64,000 nt of DNA, taken from NCBI RefSeq assembly GCF_009914755.1, contig NC_060928.1; one strand, given 5' to 3'. Positions 15,640 through 30,711 of this stretch are shown here, one piece after another. The notes beneath the pieces were generated by a model. It had not been told where the DNA came from, made no database searches, and was given only the letters and a program-made list of their open reading frames with translations. Numbering within the stretch: the first letter of the stretch is position 1; the number at the start of each line of letters is the position of its first letter. The translations under genes were made by a program, and so were the position numbers. The DNA is from the human T2T-CHM13v2.0 reference genome, Homo sapiens.

Positions 15640-16110
15640 TGTTTTTTTTTTAATACTGTTCTTACAATTTTTTCTGTGTGCTTGAAGTATTTTCGAAATA
15701 AATTATTTTAAAAAACTAATTTGTTTTTTTAAATACTGTTCTTACAATTTTTTCTGTGTGCTTGAAGTATTTTCAAAATAAATTATTTTAAAAAACTAAT
15801 TTTTTTAAATACTGTTATTACAATTTTTTCTGTGTGCTTGAAGTATTTTCAAAATAAATTATTTTAAAAAACTAATTTGTTTTTTTAAATACTGTTCTTA
15901 CAATTTTTTCTGTGTGCTTGAAGTATTTTCAAAATAAATTATTTTTAAAAACTAAGTTGGTTTTTTAAATACTGTTCTTACAATTTTTTCTGTGCTTGAA
16001 ATATTTTCAAAATAAATTATTTTAAAAAAACTAACTTGGTTTTTTAAATACTATTCTTACAATTTTTTCTGTGTGCTTGAAGTATTTTCAAAATAAATTA
16101 TTAAAAAAAC
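15640..16110 (+). repeat. About 79-bp AT-rich tandem repeat, 6 copies, resembling an old L1 3' end
   Basis: atact(g/a)tt..tacaattttttctgtg...aataaattatt recurs at about 15653, 15733, 15809, 15889, 15969 and 16048. Confidence 0.92.
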
Positions 16111-16169
16111 TCATCTTACAACATACCTCAAGATAAACTCCAAAGAATTTGGAAGAAGGTAAACATTAA

Positions 16170-17345
16170 AAACTAGAAGAATTCTGTTCTGTGAAAGATA
16201 ATGTCAAGAGAACAAAGGACAAGCCACAAAATGGAAGAATATATTTTCAAGATACATATTTATCTGATAAGGAAATGTCATCCAAAAAAAAGACACACAA
16301 AAAAGAAATGTCATCCAAAATATACACAGGACTCTTAAAACTCAACAATAAGAAAACAATCCAATTAAAAAATGGGCCAAATACCTTAACAGACACTTCA
16401 GCAAAGAAGATATGCAGATGAAAAATCAGCATAAGATGCTCCTAGTCATATGTTATCAATGAAATGCAAAATAAAACAGCAAGATACCACTACATACCTA
16501 TCAGCTGGCCAAAATCCAGAACACTGACATCATCAAATGTGAGGACGTGGAGCAACAGGAACTCTCATTCGTTGCTAGTGGGAATGCGAAAAGCTGCTGC
16601 CACTTTGGAAGGTAGTTTGGCAATTTCTTTCAAAACTAAACACCCTCTCACCATCTGATCCAGCATTCACACTCCTTAGTATTTACCCAAAGGAGCTGAA
16701 AACATGTCTACACAAAACCCTGGCACATGGACATCTATAGCAGCTTAATTCATAATTGCCAAAACTTGGAAGCAACCAAGATGCCCTTCAGTAGGTGAAT
16801 GGATGAACTATGATACATCCAGATAATGGAATATTATTCAGTGACTGAAAAAATGAGCTAGCAAACCATGAGAAGAGATGGGGGAACCATAAGTGTGTAT
16901 TGCTAAGTGAAAGGAGTCAATCTGAGAAGCCACATACTGTACAATTCCAACTCCAGGAGAGTCTGAAAAAGGGACCGTAAAAAGATCAGTGGCTGTCAAG
17001 GGTTGGTGGGAGGTGGGGGAAGGATGAACAGGTGGCGCACAGAGGATTTTAGGGTGTGGCACTATTCCATATGCTGCTACGATGGGGACACATGTCACTA
17101 GATATTTGTTCAAACCCATAGAACATTCGACACCTAGAGTGAACCCTAATGTAAACCATGGACGTTGGGTGATAATGATGTATTCAAGTAGGATCATCAG
17201 TTTTAACACATGGACTGCTCTGGTGGAGGATGAGGATGATGGGGGAGCTGTGCGTGTGTGGAGTCATGGTGTATATGGGAAATCTGTACCTTCCTTTCAA
17301 TTTTTCTGTGAACCTAAAACTGCTCTAAGAAAAAGTTTTAAAAAC
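16170..17345 (+). mobile_element. L1M 3' region (ORF2 end and 3' UTR)
   Basis: Typical L1M motifs such as gcaaccaagatgcccttcagtaggtgaatgg and gtgaaccctaatgtaaac. Confidence 0.85.
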
Positions 17346-17634
17346 CACCCAGTTAGAAAAAAATGATTTAAGTATGTGAAAAAAAAACTCCCTAAGCATG
17401 AGAACCTATAAAATAAAAGGGATAATAACAATATATATGAGTACATAAAAATATTGTCTCTAAAATTCAAAGGTCAAATATAAAATTACAAAGCAAATTG
17501 GGTAAAAGGTTAATATCCTGCACACTGAGGGCTTCCACATAAATGACAAAGGAATAAAGCAGATAATTTGTAGAAAAAACACAGAGGAATAAATTGAAAA
17601 CACTCAGAATCATTAATAGTCACATAAATGCAAA

Positions 17635-17954
17635 TCAAAATGACTTTTTCCTTTCAAATTGGCAAAGAGGAAACACAACAGACACAGCGGGTGTTCTGAA
17701 CGTGTCCAGGGTGCCCTCAGCCTGCTGGAACGGAAACAAGACGGCCCTTTGTACCTCAGCATATATTGGAAGTGTTTTAGAGTTGGTGAGTTCCCCGTGC
17801 CTTCCAGAACTGAACGCTAGGAGGAGCAGCCAGTGAGGACAGACGTCTATGCAGAAACATGGTGAACCTCTGGAAATGACACACTCTCCGGGCACAGGGG
17901 GCTTAGACAAGGTCAACCATGGGATGAAACAGAAAGAAGCTGTTAGATGTGGCC
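17635..17954 (-). CDS. RNF212: RNF212 exon 10, canonical last coding exon of the 297-aa isoform
   Basis: Acceptor ccgcag|GGCCAC; encodes GPHLTASF...FERKKSF* with TGA at 17635-17637. Exon lengths sum to 894 nt. Confidence 0.93.
17777..17901 (-). CDS. RNF212: RNF212 exon 10 via an internal alternative acceptor, shifted frame (232-aa isoform ending APCARRV...GTHQL*)
   Basis: Acceptor tctaag|CCCCC gives 191+41 aa, matching the recalled 232-aa isoform. Confidence 0.75.
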
Positions 17955-18359
17955 CTGCGGGAAGATGCAGGAGACAGCGTGTGGGGAGATGGCCTGTGTG
18001 GGCTGAGGTGGATGTGTGCTGAGGGTGAGGGAGGGATTCACTTTGAAAAGGGACCAGCAATTCAAAGCCAATTACCAGGAAGCAAACCCAGTGACACTAT
18101 TTTTGTTTAAAACCAAGAGGACATAGAATGCAAAGGAGCCAGTTATCTCCTGTGACTTGTTACACGGTCATCAGGAGCTTCTCCCTGGAAGGACTCAAAA
18201 GCTGCACCATTTTGGTGAATACGTAGCCTCCCATGCACCTGGTGGAAGGACAGCACCCCCTTGGGTAGGTTCTGACAGCTTTGATTAAACATGACCTTTC
18301 AGGGAATGCATTTTAATCGATGCATGTATCGGTCTGAGGTTACAGGACATTTTACTTAC

Positions 18360-18423
18360 CCATTCGTCCATCTTGAGGTGGACTAATCATGGAGATTCTC
18401 GCAGGGCCGGCTGCTATCTCAGA
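18360..18423 (-). CDS. RNF212: RNF212 exon 9 (SEIAAGPARISMISPPQDGRM)
   Basis: cttag|TCT...ATGG|gtaag, 64 nt. Confidence 0.96.
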
Positions 18424-20030
18424 CTAAGAATGCAACAAGAAAACAATGGGTAAAATTCCAATATTGCGGCTTACGAGATTCGGACTCCCACTGTCTGTTA
18501 GGAACACATTTCCCAGAACCCCATCTCCCTCATCTTTATCGCCCTCTGACAAGTTCCTGTCTAACTTGATTCTGTGTTCACCTCCCGACTCTGCCTGCTG
18601 GTGGTAGAGGGGGTGTGGGTGGGTATTACCTGATTACCTGTTTGATTCCCTCTGTTCCACCAGGGCCTAAAACAGTGAACGGATAAAGGGCTCTACTAGG
18701 AATTTTAGGTGAAAAAAAACAAAATTTGCAGCTGATGTTAGAGAATGTGAAATTCTGAGTAAATCATTCTTGGGTGCATAATTTTGTCACCTTGAAATCC
18801 AGATGCTGATGGACAGGTTGGAGCTAATGCTGCTCAGAGCTGTGTGTGCTGGGCCCTGCTCTGTGCCCACCCTTCACTCTATCCAGCAACCACGAGGCCG
18901 CTTCTGCCACCATCCCTCCTCAACCCACAGGAACCTGTGAACCCAGAGCTGCCAGCGCAGGTTCTGAGACTGGTAAGGGAGGCTGCTCTGCTCTGAGCCC
19001 CTCCTGCCTCTCAGTGCGACCTGGGGGCATGGCAAGGTGCTACTTCTAGTTGCTGCCCCTTCCTGGGCTCGCTCCTCTGGCTCTCCACTCACTGCTGGCA
19101 TCTCCTGTTCCCAGGCTCCTTGCCTCACCCCGCTGGTCCTCAGGCTCTGCCGCCATCAACTGTGCCCCGCCAAGACCTCTGCTACCCACTTTCCTGGCTT
19201 CTGCCCCCGGCACAGCCACCCCACAGATCCTTTAATCCACAGGCCCTTCCAGTACACCGTGGAAGCCCCTCTGTGTCCTCATGGTCTCTCTACCAGCACA
19301 GGAGTGCCCTGCTCCAGGGACTCTCTCTGCCACACCCTTGGCCCTACCCTGCCAGTCCTCCACTCCTACTCACTGGCAAGACTCTAACCTTGGAAGGACG
19401 GACCCCCCTGCTTGGCATGGCCCTCTGAGCTGCCTGCAGGCCAGCTTTCTCATGGAGCTGTCCACTAAGCACATTCCCCATCCACCTGAAGCTCATGACC
19501 TCACTCCTACCCCCAAGAAGACAGAATCTTGTGAAATCAGGAGCTTTTGTCTCTGTACCTTCAGCCTCTGCCTGCCATCCTGTGAACACCAGACATATTC
19601 CTGCCTCATCAGGACAGGCTCCAGGTACTTCCTTTCACCTGCCTGGAGTGCTGCTATGCCATCATTTCTGGATCCTTCCCATCCGCTAGGATGTCTTCAA
19701 TATCAAGTTCATCCTAAGAATCCCCTTGACATCACCGTCCCTTCGAACTACGTTCCATTTGCTGCTCCATTTAGAGAAAATCTCCGCAGAGCATTCAAGT
19801 GCTGGTGTCTTTCCCCGTCCTGGTGCTGTCTGACAGCTGTGAGTTACAGAAGACAGTGGTGCAAACCTTTCTTGTAAATGGGCCATGGCAGACTTGGCTG
19901 GGCAAGACACTGGTTCCTGCCACATGGGAGGGGCTGTGTACGCATCGGTGTGTTCACATCTGCATTTGGCTGCCTACACGCATGTTTGCTCTTTGGATTC
20001 TCCTTTAAACCAGTTTTCACATTTAACTGG

Positions 20031-20418
20031 TGTATTAGGCCATTCTTGCACTGCGATAAATACCAGAGACTGTGTAATTCATAAAGAAAAGAGGTTTAAC
20101 TGGCTCATGCTTCTGAGGGCCGTACAGGAAGCATGGCAACAGCTGCTTCTGGGGAGGCCTTGGGAGGCTACAATCAGGGTGGGAGGCCAAGGGGGAGCAG
20201 GCGCGTTGCAGGGCGAGCAGGCAAGAGACTGGGGGGTGGTGCCATGTACTTTTAACCAGCCAGATCTCGTGAGAACTCACCCACCATGGCAAAGACAGCA
20301 CCAGCCACCAGGGATCTGCCCCCATAACCCAAACTTCTGCTACCAGGCCCCACCTCGGGCACTGGGGATTATAATTCCACATGAGATTCGGGCAGGGACA
20401 AATATCTAAACTATATCA
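20031..20418 (-). mobile_element. MST-type MaLR solo LTR
   Basis: Ends tgtattaggccattcttgc and aaactatatca. Confidence 0.8.
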
Positions 20419-20444
20419 GCTGGTTTCCCTCATTAACTCATAAC

Positions 20445-20723
20445 CTTTTGTTTTTGAGACAAGGTTTCACTGTCGTCCAGGCTGGAGTGCAGTGGGGCAG
20501 TCACTCACCTCACTGCAGCCTCAACCTCCTGGTGGTGATCCTCCCACCTCAGCTTCTCAGTAGCTGGGACTACAGGTGTGCACCACCATGCCCAGCTAAT
20601 TTTTTGTAGAGATGGGGTCTTGCCATGTCACCCAGGCTGGTCTCAAACTCTTGGGCTCAAGGGATCTGCCTGACTCAGCTCCCAAAGTGTTAGGATTACA
20701 GGCGTGAGGTACTGTGTCTGGCC
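20445..20723 (-). mobile_element. AluJ
   Basis: Reverse Alu consensus. Confidence 0.9.
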
Positions 20724-21527
20724 ACCTCATAAGTTGAAGGAAGTGTGTGAATGGTATTCATTTTGTATTTGTGAGTCATGATTTTACCTTTTCAAAAAGA
20801 TATGTTAATCCTGGTCAATTTTACGTAATAGAAAATGCCGTGCTCATTTAAGGTTAACAGCCTTAACTTAGAAATTATCCCGCCAAGCCAGACACCTTAG
20901 TCAACACTTCCATCTGCATGTGAAGGCAGACTCTCCCTTGCCTTCCTGGGCACCTTGTCCAGGAGGGTGGGGGCCTTAGGCTCTGCTTCTCCTCCTCCCC
21001 AGTGCCAGCAGCCTGAGGTCCCCAGGCCTGGAGCAGCAAGGGTGGAGGAGGAAGGAAAAGAACCAATCCCCTCTGGGCGGGCCCAGCTGTGCCCCAGGCG
21101 CTGTCATGGGATGTCGCTGGCTTTGCTTCTCCGAGTCCACCCAATGAGAGACCCTTGCACTGTGGCCCTCCCTCTGACGAGCCTTTGGGGCAGGAACCCC
21201 ACCAAGAGCACCCCCGATAATGCTCTTTCCCATGCAGCCCTGAACAGTGTGGGAGGTTCACCTCGAGAGAGGCCTGCACACTGCTCTCTGCAGGCCAGAG
21301 AGTGAGACCTCAGTCTGCACAGGCAACAGGTGGTGTCCCAGAACCTCTGCTCAGGCTGAGGGTTACCAGGAGCACCTCTCACTCTAGGCCATCATGTGGG
21401 GCAGGGAGGACGGGAGCTCTTTCCAAAGGAACTGCTACACACATCCACTCCAGGGTGACAAGGCGTTTCGGGAGGTGAAAAGTTGGTTTTAGACACTTTC
21501 CTTGAAATTTGCATTCTGGTGTGGCAC

Positions 21528-22290
<763 letters not shown>

Positions 22291-23460
22291 TGCTGCCTGC
22301 CAGTCTTGAGTATTCTCTATCCTCCTCAATTACTCAGATCCTAAGGAAAGGTAGAAAGCTGACCTGACAGAACAAAGTTCTTCCTCCTTAAGCTGTGGGG
22401 ACTTGGAGGCTGTGAGTTCATCCGTGAAACAAGGCCCTAGTGCAGCAAGGGACAGCTGGAAGCAGGTGTCTGGCCTTGGGGGAGCCAAAGCAGGTGGTGG
22501 GGACCTACAGGGACCCAGGGGAGGGCTCCATAAGAGCTTCCAGCAGGGCCTGAGGGGGCAGGTGGGGTCCTCGATGTGGGCCAGTTGCCTAGGGAGGAGG
22601 TGCACCCATAAGGAAGCGTGTCCCTCTGGAAGCACAGCTCCCGTGTTGCCGGTGGGTGTGGGCGTGGCCATGAGGATGGCAGAGGTGAGCTGGGCAGGGA
22701 GAGGATGCGTGTGCTTGACCCAACTGCCAAGGAACTGGCGTTTCTCTTTCACGGAAGCTGTGACGGCTCTTCGTTCCCTACTGGATCCAGTTCTGCCTTC
22801 TTATTCTGACTCCGGGTCCCTCCATCATCCGGCTCCGGGTGTGATTACCCATGCCACAGGGCTGCTACACGACTGAGTTCGTATCTATAAAGGGCTCGGA
22901 ACAGTGCTTGCCAATGAGCCACACTGTGTCGCACAACCCGAAGCAACACATAAATCAAATAAGCCAATAACTGGCACTGTGGAACACAGGCATTCACCGC
23001 CGCCAGAACACACTCAGTTTTCCTGCCTTTGCTCCTCGGCCCCCTCCTGCCCCACAGGCTTCTCAAGTCCTGATCCCTCCTATGGGGTGCAGCTCACTCT
23101 GCCCTGAGTCCTTCCCAAACTGCCTCCTCTCTCCCGTTTCCGAGCTGCCTGGTGTGTGGCCGATGTGGTACATCTGGCGCTGAGTTCTGCCCATCAGGAC
23201 AGACGACGGGAGAGCCGGGCCTGGACTCTCCCTGAGTTCCGGGCAGGTTTCCTCTGGTCTTGCTTCTCTCCAGCTTGAAGTTGTTGCTTCCTGTTTCCCA
23301 GAGTCCTTGGCTTTTCTGACCCATTTCTTTTCCTGGGCTGACAAAGTTTACTACTGTCTTCTTCAGCACTGTTTGTCATTTCATGAGACAGCAAGTGAAG
23401 GCAGTTAAAGCCCAGGGCCACCAACTTTGCTGCCCTTTCTCCTTGACACCAACAGAGATT

Positions 23461-24130
23461 GACAGGGACCAGCACGGGACCAACATGGGACCAGCAGAGG
23501 ATCAACGCAGGATCAACACAGAACCAACATAGGACCAATACAGGGTCAACACAGGACCGACATGGGACCAACACAGGGTCAACACAGGACCAACACGGGA
23601 CCAACACAGGACCAACATAGGACCAACACAGGGTCAACACAGGACCGACATGGGACCAACACAGGGTCAACACAGGACCAACACGGGACCAACACAGGGT
23701 CAACACAGGACCAACACGGGACCAACATAGGACCAACACAGGGTCAACACAGGACCAACATGGGACCAACACAGGGTCAACACAGGACCAACATGGGACC
23801 AACATAGAGTCAACACAGGACCAACATGGGACCAACACAGGGTCAACACAGGACCAACATAGGACCAACACAGGGTCAACACAGGACCAACATAGGACCA
23901 ACACAGGGTCAACACAGGACCAACATAGGACCAACACAGGGTCAACACAAGACCAACATGGGACCAACACAGGGTCAACATAGGACCAACATGGGACCAA
24001 CACAGGGTCAACACAGGACCAACATGGGACCAACACAGGGTCAACACAAGACCAACATGGGACCAACATAGATTCAACACAGGACCAACATGGGACCTGT
24101 ACGGGAACAACACAGGAACAACACAGAACC
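23461..24130. repeat. VNTR of 11-bp subunits organised as a 33-bp higher-order repeat
   Basis: Cycling ggaccaacaca / gggtcaacaca / ggaccaacat(g/a). Confidence 0.97.
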
Positions 24131-24404
24131 TGCATGGGACCCTGCCAACACCTCGTCCGCATTTGCTTTTGTTTCTCCAGATGCAACTGCAGTCCTGGCC
24201 ATTCAGGCAGAACAGGAGCGTTCTCATGACCCAGCTTATAGCCACAGCCCACCCCTCTCACCCACGGGACCAGCACACGAAGCAGCAGCACTGTGCAAAG
24301 TCTGTCTACTGTTGCACGAGAGGTTACGTTTTTCACTACTGAGGAAAATGGGAAATGCCACACGTCTGGTATACAGAGGAACTCAGCAGGAGAGATGCAC
24401 TTAC

Positions 24405-24450
24405 TTTTCTAATCGGAGAAGGAGAGAGATCAACTTCCATCGACTCCAGT
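24405..24450 (-). CDS. RNF212: RNF212 exon 8 (LESMEVDLSPSPIRK)
   Basis: aacag|ACTG...AAA|gtaag, 46 nt. Confidence 0.96.
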
Positions 24451-25289
24451 CTGTTAAACACATAGTGAAAGGCTTTGAGTGAGCCCAGGACTTACCTCTA
24501 ACAACGTCAGTTGAAATACACACATGACGAGATGATGTGTAAATGTCTAAATCTTCCTCTAGCTTCATGCTGCGGCCAGAGTTTAGCCACTTAGGCATCT
24601 GATCACTGCCATTTTCCTCCCTCTTTAGGGCCACCCGCCGTCTGTACTGGGATGTAGCCTCTCCAGGACAGAGGCCGCTGGCCGGCCCGCCCTGGTTGGG
24701 CTCTCCCTGGCATTCCTCTCTTGCACCTCTGCATACTCAGCTTCTCCCTCCAGACAACCCCTTCTCTTCTCTCTGCCAACACCTGCCTGGAGCCTGCTGG
24801 ACTAGGACGTTCTGAGAGTGGGATCCCGAATTGACTTCTGTGATCACTCACTGCCTGGCCACACATACCACACCGTGCACGCTCGGTACGCACTAGTTCC
24901 TTCATTTGCCAAAGGCAGACAGGAAAACATCATAGGATTCATTTTGCGTTGGCCCCCTCCTAGCCCTGCCATCCTTATGGCTTGTGATCTCTGCGGAAAG
25001 AGGCTCACTCTTTTCCAACAGCTCCAGCAAGAGTCCCAGGGGTGACTCCAATTAGTCCAGCCTGGCTGGAGTGAATTCTAATTTTAGGTGGCCTCAGCAC
25101 TCATTTTGAAGACAGGTTTAACTTTCTCATACCAGAGGCAGGGCTCAGTCACCTTCAACAGTTTCCAGTTCTCCACCCGCTCCCAGTGTCTCAGAGTGGT
25201 CCATCCGGACACTTGCCTCCCAGTGGCCACCTCCCTGTGGGAGGGTGGACAAAACCCACTTGGCTGGCCCCGCTGACCCCTCACCCTTC

Positions 25290-25900
25290 ATTGACCGTAC
25301 AGATGTACCACAGTGATGCCCTCAGTCACAGCGGGACCCCGTGGAGCTTGTGCCTGCCTGCTCTAAACCCACCAATTAAAACTCCCCACGGGAAACCTGC
25401 CTGGATGACGCCCTGAGCCCCAATAAAGGTGCTGGCCCACGAGACCCCTCTCTGCCTGAGCCTTCTTTCCTGCCTCTTGCTACCTGTGGACAGAGCACTG
25501 TCCTCCCCACAGGCGCCCTCCCTGTCCAGGACCTGTAAGTAATAAATCTGAATGTGTTTCCTATCACAGGGGTGGACTGAATTTGTGCCTTCCATCTGAA
25601 GAGCTAGGAGCTACCCCAGGCCGGGTTTTCTCTGGGATGCTGGAGGGAACATGAGGTTGGGCTCCCTGTGCCAGAGTGATGGCCAGGCAGGCATAGCCTG
25701 GAGATGGGGCAGACACAAGCCACAGGACATGTGCCAGTATGAACGTTTCCTGTGTGAGGGACCCCCAGCCATGGGTTGGGTAATGGGTTCAGGCCATCCC
25801 CCAGGTGAAAGAAGGATTCCATATAAGGCACACCAGGTCAGCCCCTTAATTTCCTGTTAGGGCAGGGCTGTCAGCTGCCGGGCACTGGAACGCCAGTTGA
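25290..25900. mobile_element. ERVL-type LTR remnant (MER74/MER73-like)
   Basis: ctctaaacccaccaattaaaactccccacgggaaacctg...cccaataaagg resembles the recalled consensus. Confidence 0.5.
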
Positions 25901-26180
25901 GCGGGGGGCACGCAGAACACTGGGTCACATGATCATTCCCAAACCAATCACTGTCGCTGCAGGATGGAGTGCTCTGATTGGCCACCTGGATCACACACTT
26001 AGTTTGGGACCTGAGCCTCGCAGGGAGATGAAATAAGTACCAAAATGAGTTCATGTCCAGTCAACTGTATGGATTAGCAAAATCTGGGGGCTTGGAGAGG
26101 GGGTGGGGTTGGGATGGGAAGGCAGGTGCAGAATCGGAAAGACCTGCAGGTCCTGTGATTTCTGCAAGCAACCCACACAC

Positions 26181-26229
26181 CTGTCGGGGGCTGATGAGTG
26201 AGGTGGCAGCAGGCATCCGTGTGGTTTTG
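26181..26229 (-). CDS. RNF212: RNF212 exon 7 (KPHGCLLPPHSSAPD)
   Basis: ttccag|CAAA...GACAG|gtgtgt, 49 nt. Confidence 0.95.
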
Positions 26230-26328
26230 CTGGAAGAGTGATGACGAAAATGCCAGCGTCAGTGCACACAGTGTGACTCAGCAACATGCATCTCTATTTT
26301 GTTCTCTTTCTGGCATGATTTTACTTAC

Positions 26329-26381
26329 TTGAAACTGAACTTTTTATTGTGCTGAAAGCTGTTTGTTGTGATGATCTCATA
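26329..26381 (-). CDS. RNF212: RNF212 exon 6 (MRSSQQTAFSTIKSSVS)
   Basis: tttag|TATG...TCAA|gtaag, 53 nt. Confidence 0.96.
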
Positions 26382-28122
26382 CTAAATAGATGGAGAAAAG
26401 GTATTGAATTAAATCATAAAAACTGACTTCCCCCCAGGTCATCCCAACTGAAAGTGTAAGAAGGCTCTGAATCAGTGAAATGTTCTTACTGGGTTTGCAA
26501 ACGGCATTTCACATGAATTCAGCAGTTCCCATAGCGTCCTGTGAGTCGCACGGCCCTGCTCCTCCCTAGCGCTGAAGCCAAGTGAACTCAACACCCCACT
26601 GCCATTTACATCACTGGCTCTTACAACTGCAACTGTCACTCAGCACATGGCCACTGCGGGTGTTAAAGGTGTGAAATTAAGACCTGACAACAGGAGCCAC
26701 TAACGCACCAGCTTTGAAAGGCCACTAAGAGGCCAGCCATGGTGTCTCATGTCCATCATCCCAACACTTTGGGAGGCAGGGGCGGGAGGATTGGTTGAGC
26801 CCAGGAGTTGGAGGCTACAGTGAGCTGTGATTGTACTACTGTACTACTGCACTCCTGCTTGGGTGACAGAGCAAGAACTCATCTCAAAAAAGGAAAAGGA
26901 AGGGGAAAGGGAAGGGAAAGAAAAGAGAAAAGAAAGAAAAACAGGCCAGCAAGAGAAATATGGACAAGTTACTTGGTCACGTTTTCCAGTCTAGCAACCC
27001 TGGACTGATCTCCACGATGGCCAGTAGCAGAGACCACCTGCTGTGCCCTGTGACTCCCGGCCACAGAAGGCTGCTGCACCTGGGTCCTCTCTGCCTCACA
27101 GGGCCTGGTGGACATGCTGAGATGCACACGTAAGACTGGGGGAGCGTGTCTGTTTCTGTGGACACACTGAGGTGCATGACTGCACATGAGGGGTGGGGCT
27201 GTCTCCTGGCACCGAGTGCCCGTCTATGCTGGCTGGGTTTTGAGATACGAACAGTCTGCCCTCAGCAGTTTCAGTTTGGGACCAAGCCAGCTAGGAATAG
27301 GCAGTTGCACAACAGCTCAACCACTGGGGCCTCCGCTCTGAGTCACCTCCTAGAGCCTGCCCTGGCACTGCCCCTCAACATCCTCACCCAGAGTCACTTA
27401 TCCTGACAGCCTGTGTCCCGGCCCGACATACAAGTTCACTTTCTGCCTCCTCTTCCCCACACAGAAGCTCCCAGAGGACGGGCACTGGGCGTGTTTGGCT
27501 TACTCCGAATTGCCAGCCCCCAGAACAGTGCTGAGAATGCACCTGGTGCTCAGTAAACACTGGCTGCTGCGTGGCTGACTGTGGTGGGCGGAAGTACCTG
27601 AGCCTTCTGCGTCTGGCAGGGCCGTGGCCTGGCTCCTCTGAAGGGCACTTGCTCCTGATTCCAGACAACTCTAAAATGCACTGTTTCGTGGGAGCAAGAG
27701 GATGATGACAAAAACAACAATGACAACAAAAGTGGGTGGCACGAACGCCACCACAGTGAGGCCGGGCAAGACGGGGTCGGGGGCGCAGCGGTCTGGGGCG
27801 GGTCAGCTGGGCTGGCAGAGCACATGGGAATCCTCTCTGGAGGAAAATGCAGGCGATACCAGGTATGTAGAGAGTGGGATTGGCCTGTGCAACCTCACCA
27901 GAGATCAGCAGAAATATACCTCCCTCCAGCGAGAGTGGAAGAAAAGAAGGCAGATTTGGATTCCTGAGGATATCAGGTAAGGAAAATAAAAAGGCTGCCT
28001 GTGAAATGACTACATAAAAGACGAAGATGCAACAATGAGCAAGGACTATTTTCCAAATGGTGAAATGAGCAGGAATGTTCTCAAAATGTTAACTGTAATG
28101 GACAGAACAAAAACTCAATGGG

Positions 28123-29580
<1,458 letters not shown>

Positions 29581-30652
29581 ACACACCCTTCACAACACAA
29601 GCCCATGGCAACTCTTAGAACCCAAAATAACGACAGGGGAAAGAATCCCTTTTCACCAGAGGCAATCAGAACCTCGTGTCAGGAGCAAGGCCACCAGCCA
29701 GTGTGACTGGCGTCACCAGCTTCCCACAGGCCCCACGGCCCCAGTGAGGCCATGCCATGCTCAGCTGCCTGACACAGCAGGGAGGTGGGCACCTGCACAC
29801 ACGCTGGAGGCTCACCCACCCCTACACACACAGCCAATGGGAGGCAGACAGGGCTCCTGACTCCTCGACCTCCATGTTAGTAGCAGCCAGCAAACGGGGG
29901 CTTGTGACTATTCAACGCGTCTCGTAGAATCTAAGGCATTGCTGAGCGTAATATGTGCCACATCTGTGTATGACTGTGGTAACTGAACTCTGGCCTGTTA
30001 TTGATTCCAAATTCCAGAAATGGAATGCAGTAAAACTGTATTCAGAACAGATGCAATACGGCAAAAGCACGGATGAGCTAAAATGTACAAGAAAGGAGGG
30101 TTTCAAATGGCTAGATTTTCCAGATATTGAAATGTAATGCTTTAAGTCCCCATTTTGGTTAATCCTAGCAACTCTGGATGTTTCTTCCTAAGATGCAACA
30201 CCCATTCACAGCAGTGCCTTTATACACAGAACATGCCACATATATGTACCTTTCGCAAACGGCTACGACTCCTGGCAGAAAGCAGGCAGCCAGGCTGCAG
30301 GTGGAGTCCCGCAGTCCCTGGCTGCAGGGCCACCCCACCTGTGCTGGGTCACTCTGAGAGGCCGGGGGCACCTGCTGCTCTCCCAGGCCCCTCCCACTGC
30401 CTCAGCAATCACTGGGGCACCTGCCCCAAGGGGAAACCATTCATCTCTTTTTCACTTTTTCTTTTTTGTCTCCCTTCTTCCCTTCGGTTTTCCCACAGCA
30501 TTTTTGCTCTGATGAAAGTTTCTGGTAAATGAACGAGCTCTTCCCTCTGCATCTGCAGTCATCTTTCATTCTTGATCTTGGAGAGCCAGACGACCAATGC
30601 ACATGGCAGTGGGTGCCTCGACTGCGCACTCACGGGGGGTGGGGCGCCTTAC

Positions 30653-30711
30653 CTTTGTAGTTGTTCTATCTGCAGCACTGACTTCCTAAGGGATTCTTCC
30701 AACCTAGAAAT
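30653..30711 (-). CDS. RNF212: RNF212 exon 5 (ISRLEESLRKSVLQIEQLQ, coiled coil)
   Basis: tttag|ATT...AAAG|gtaag, 59 nt. Confidence 0.96.

Noticed and set aside
23194-24363. 389-aa Cys/Trp-rich ORF and the PTQGQHRTN-repeat ORFs
   Set aside because: By-product of the 11/33-bp VNTR, with no supporting gene structure.
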